A stretch of DNA of 64,000 nt from the human T2T-CHM13v2.0 reference genome, Homo sapiens. The translations under genes were made by a program, and so were the position numbers. The DNA is taken from the NCBI RefSeq assembly GCF_009914755.1, contig NC_060925.1, one strand, 5' to 3'. The notes under the pieces are model-generated. The model did not search any database. It had not been told where the DNA came from and saw only the letters and a program-made list of their open reading frames with translations. Positions within the stretch are counted from its first letter, which is position 1; each line of letters begins with the position of its first letter. Of this stretch, positions 63,636 through 64,000 are shown piece after piece.

Positions 63636-63905
63636 GGGCTGGACTGTTCAGCCCTACCCCTTGACCTCCTGGGTCAATGATTTTATGGCCAATGATGTTG
63701 ATCAATCAATGGTGCCTACGCAATAAAACTTCCATAAACACCCCCAAATGGCTACGTCTGGGGAGCTTCTGCTAACTTCAGGTACATATTATCAGAATTG
63801 AATTGAATTGTAGGACACACACTTGGTGTCTGGAGAATTGTTTTTGTGTGGAATAAAAAAACCACACACTTGGTGTCAGAAGTGTTGTGAGAAAAAATAG
63901 TTCAG
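63636..63905 (+). mobile_element. MER21C fragment
   Basis: TCAGAATTGAATTGAATTGTAGGACAC...TTGGTGTCAGAAGTGTTGTGAG. Confidence 0.75.
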
Positions 63906-64000
63906 AGAAGTATTCCCTCCTCTTCTATTTCTTAGTAGAGTTTGAGAATTGGTGTTAATTTTTCTTTAAAGGTTTGGCAGAAAATTCACCAAGCTGAAGC

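Overview
Human genomic DNA: it carries an AluYb8-lineage insertion, a subfamily essentially restricted to humans. No intact protein-coding gene is visible, and almost all ORF-track entries are repeat-derived or chance ORFs. The left ~26 kb is mostly unique sequence. It contains several exon-like, minus-strand segments with splice sites and stop codons (a possible decayed multi-exon gene), a 73-bp near-perfect inverted repeat and a strong CTCF motif. The right ~38 kb is a dense nest of transposable elements. These include a 4.9-kb internally deleted HERV-H provirus with a tRNA-Phe primer-binding site (PBS), inserted in MER21, which is inserted in MER31; a MaLR LTR plus internal region interrupted by a MER4 provirus that itself hosts MER41A, an L1PA and Alus; and a Charlie1 DNA transposon hosting AluYb8, MLT1 and MST. 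The most unusual observations are (1) a second, exactly 18-nt tRNA-Phe PBS copy directly after the HERV-H 3' LTR, with no target-site duplication (TSD), (2) the 73-bp inverted repeat, and (3) the candidate relic gene. Repeat subfamily names are recalled by eye from consensus sequences, and repeat boundaries without a quoted TSD are approximate.
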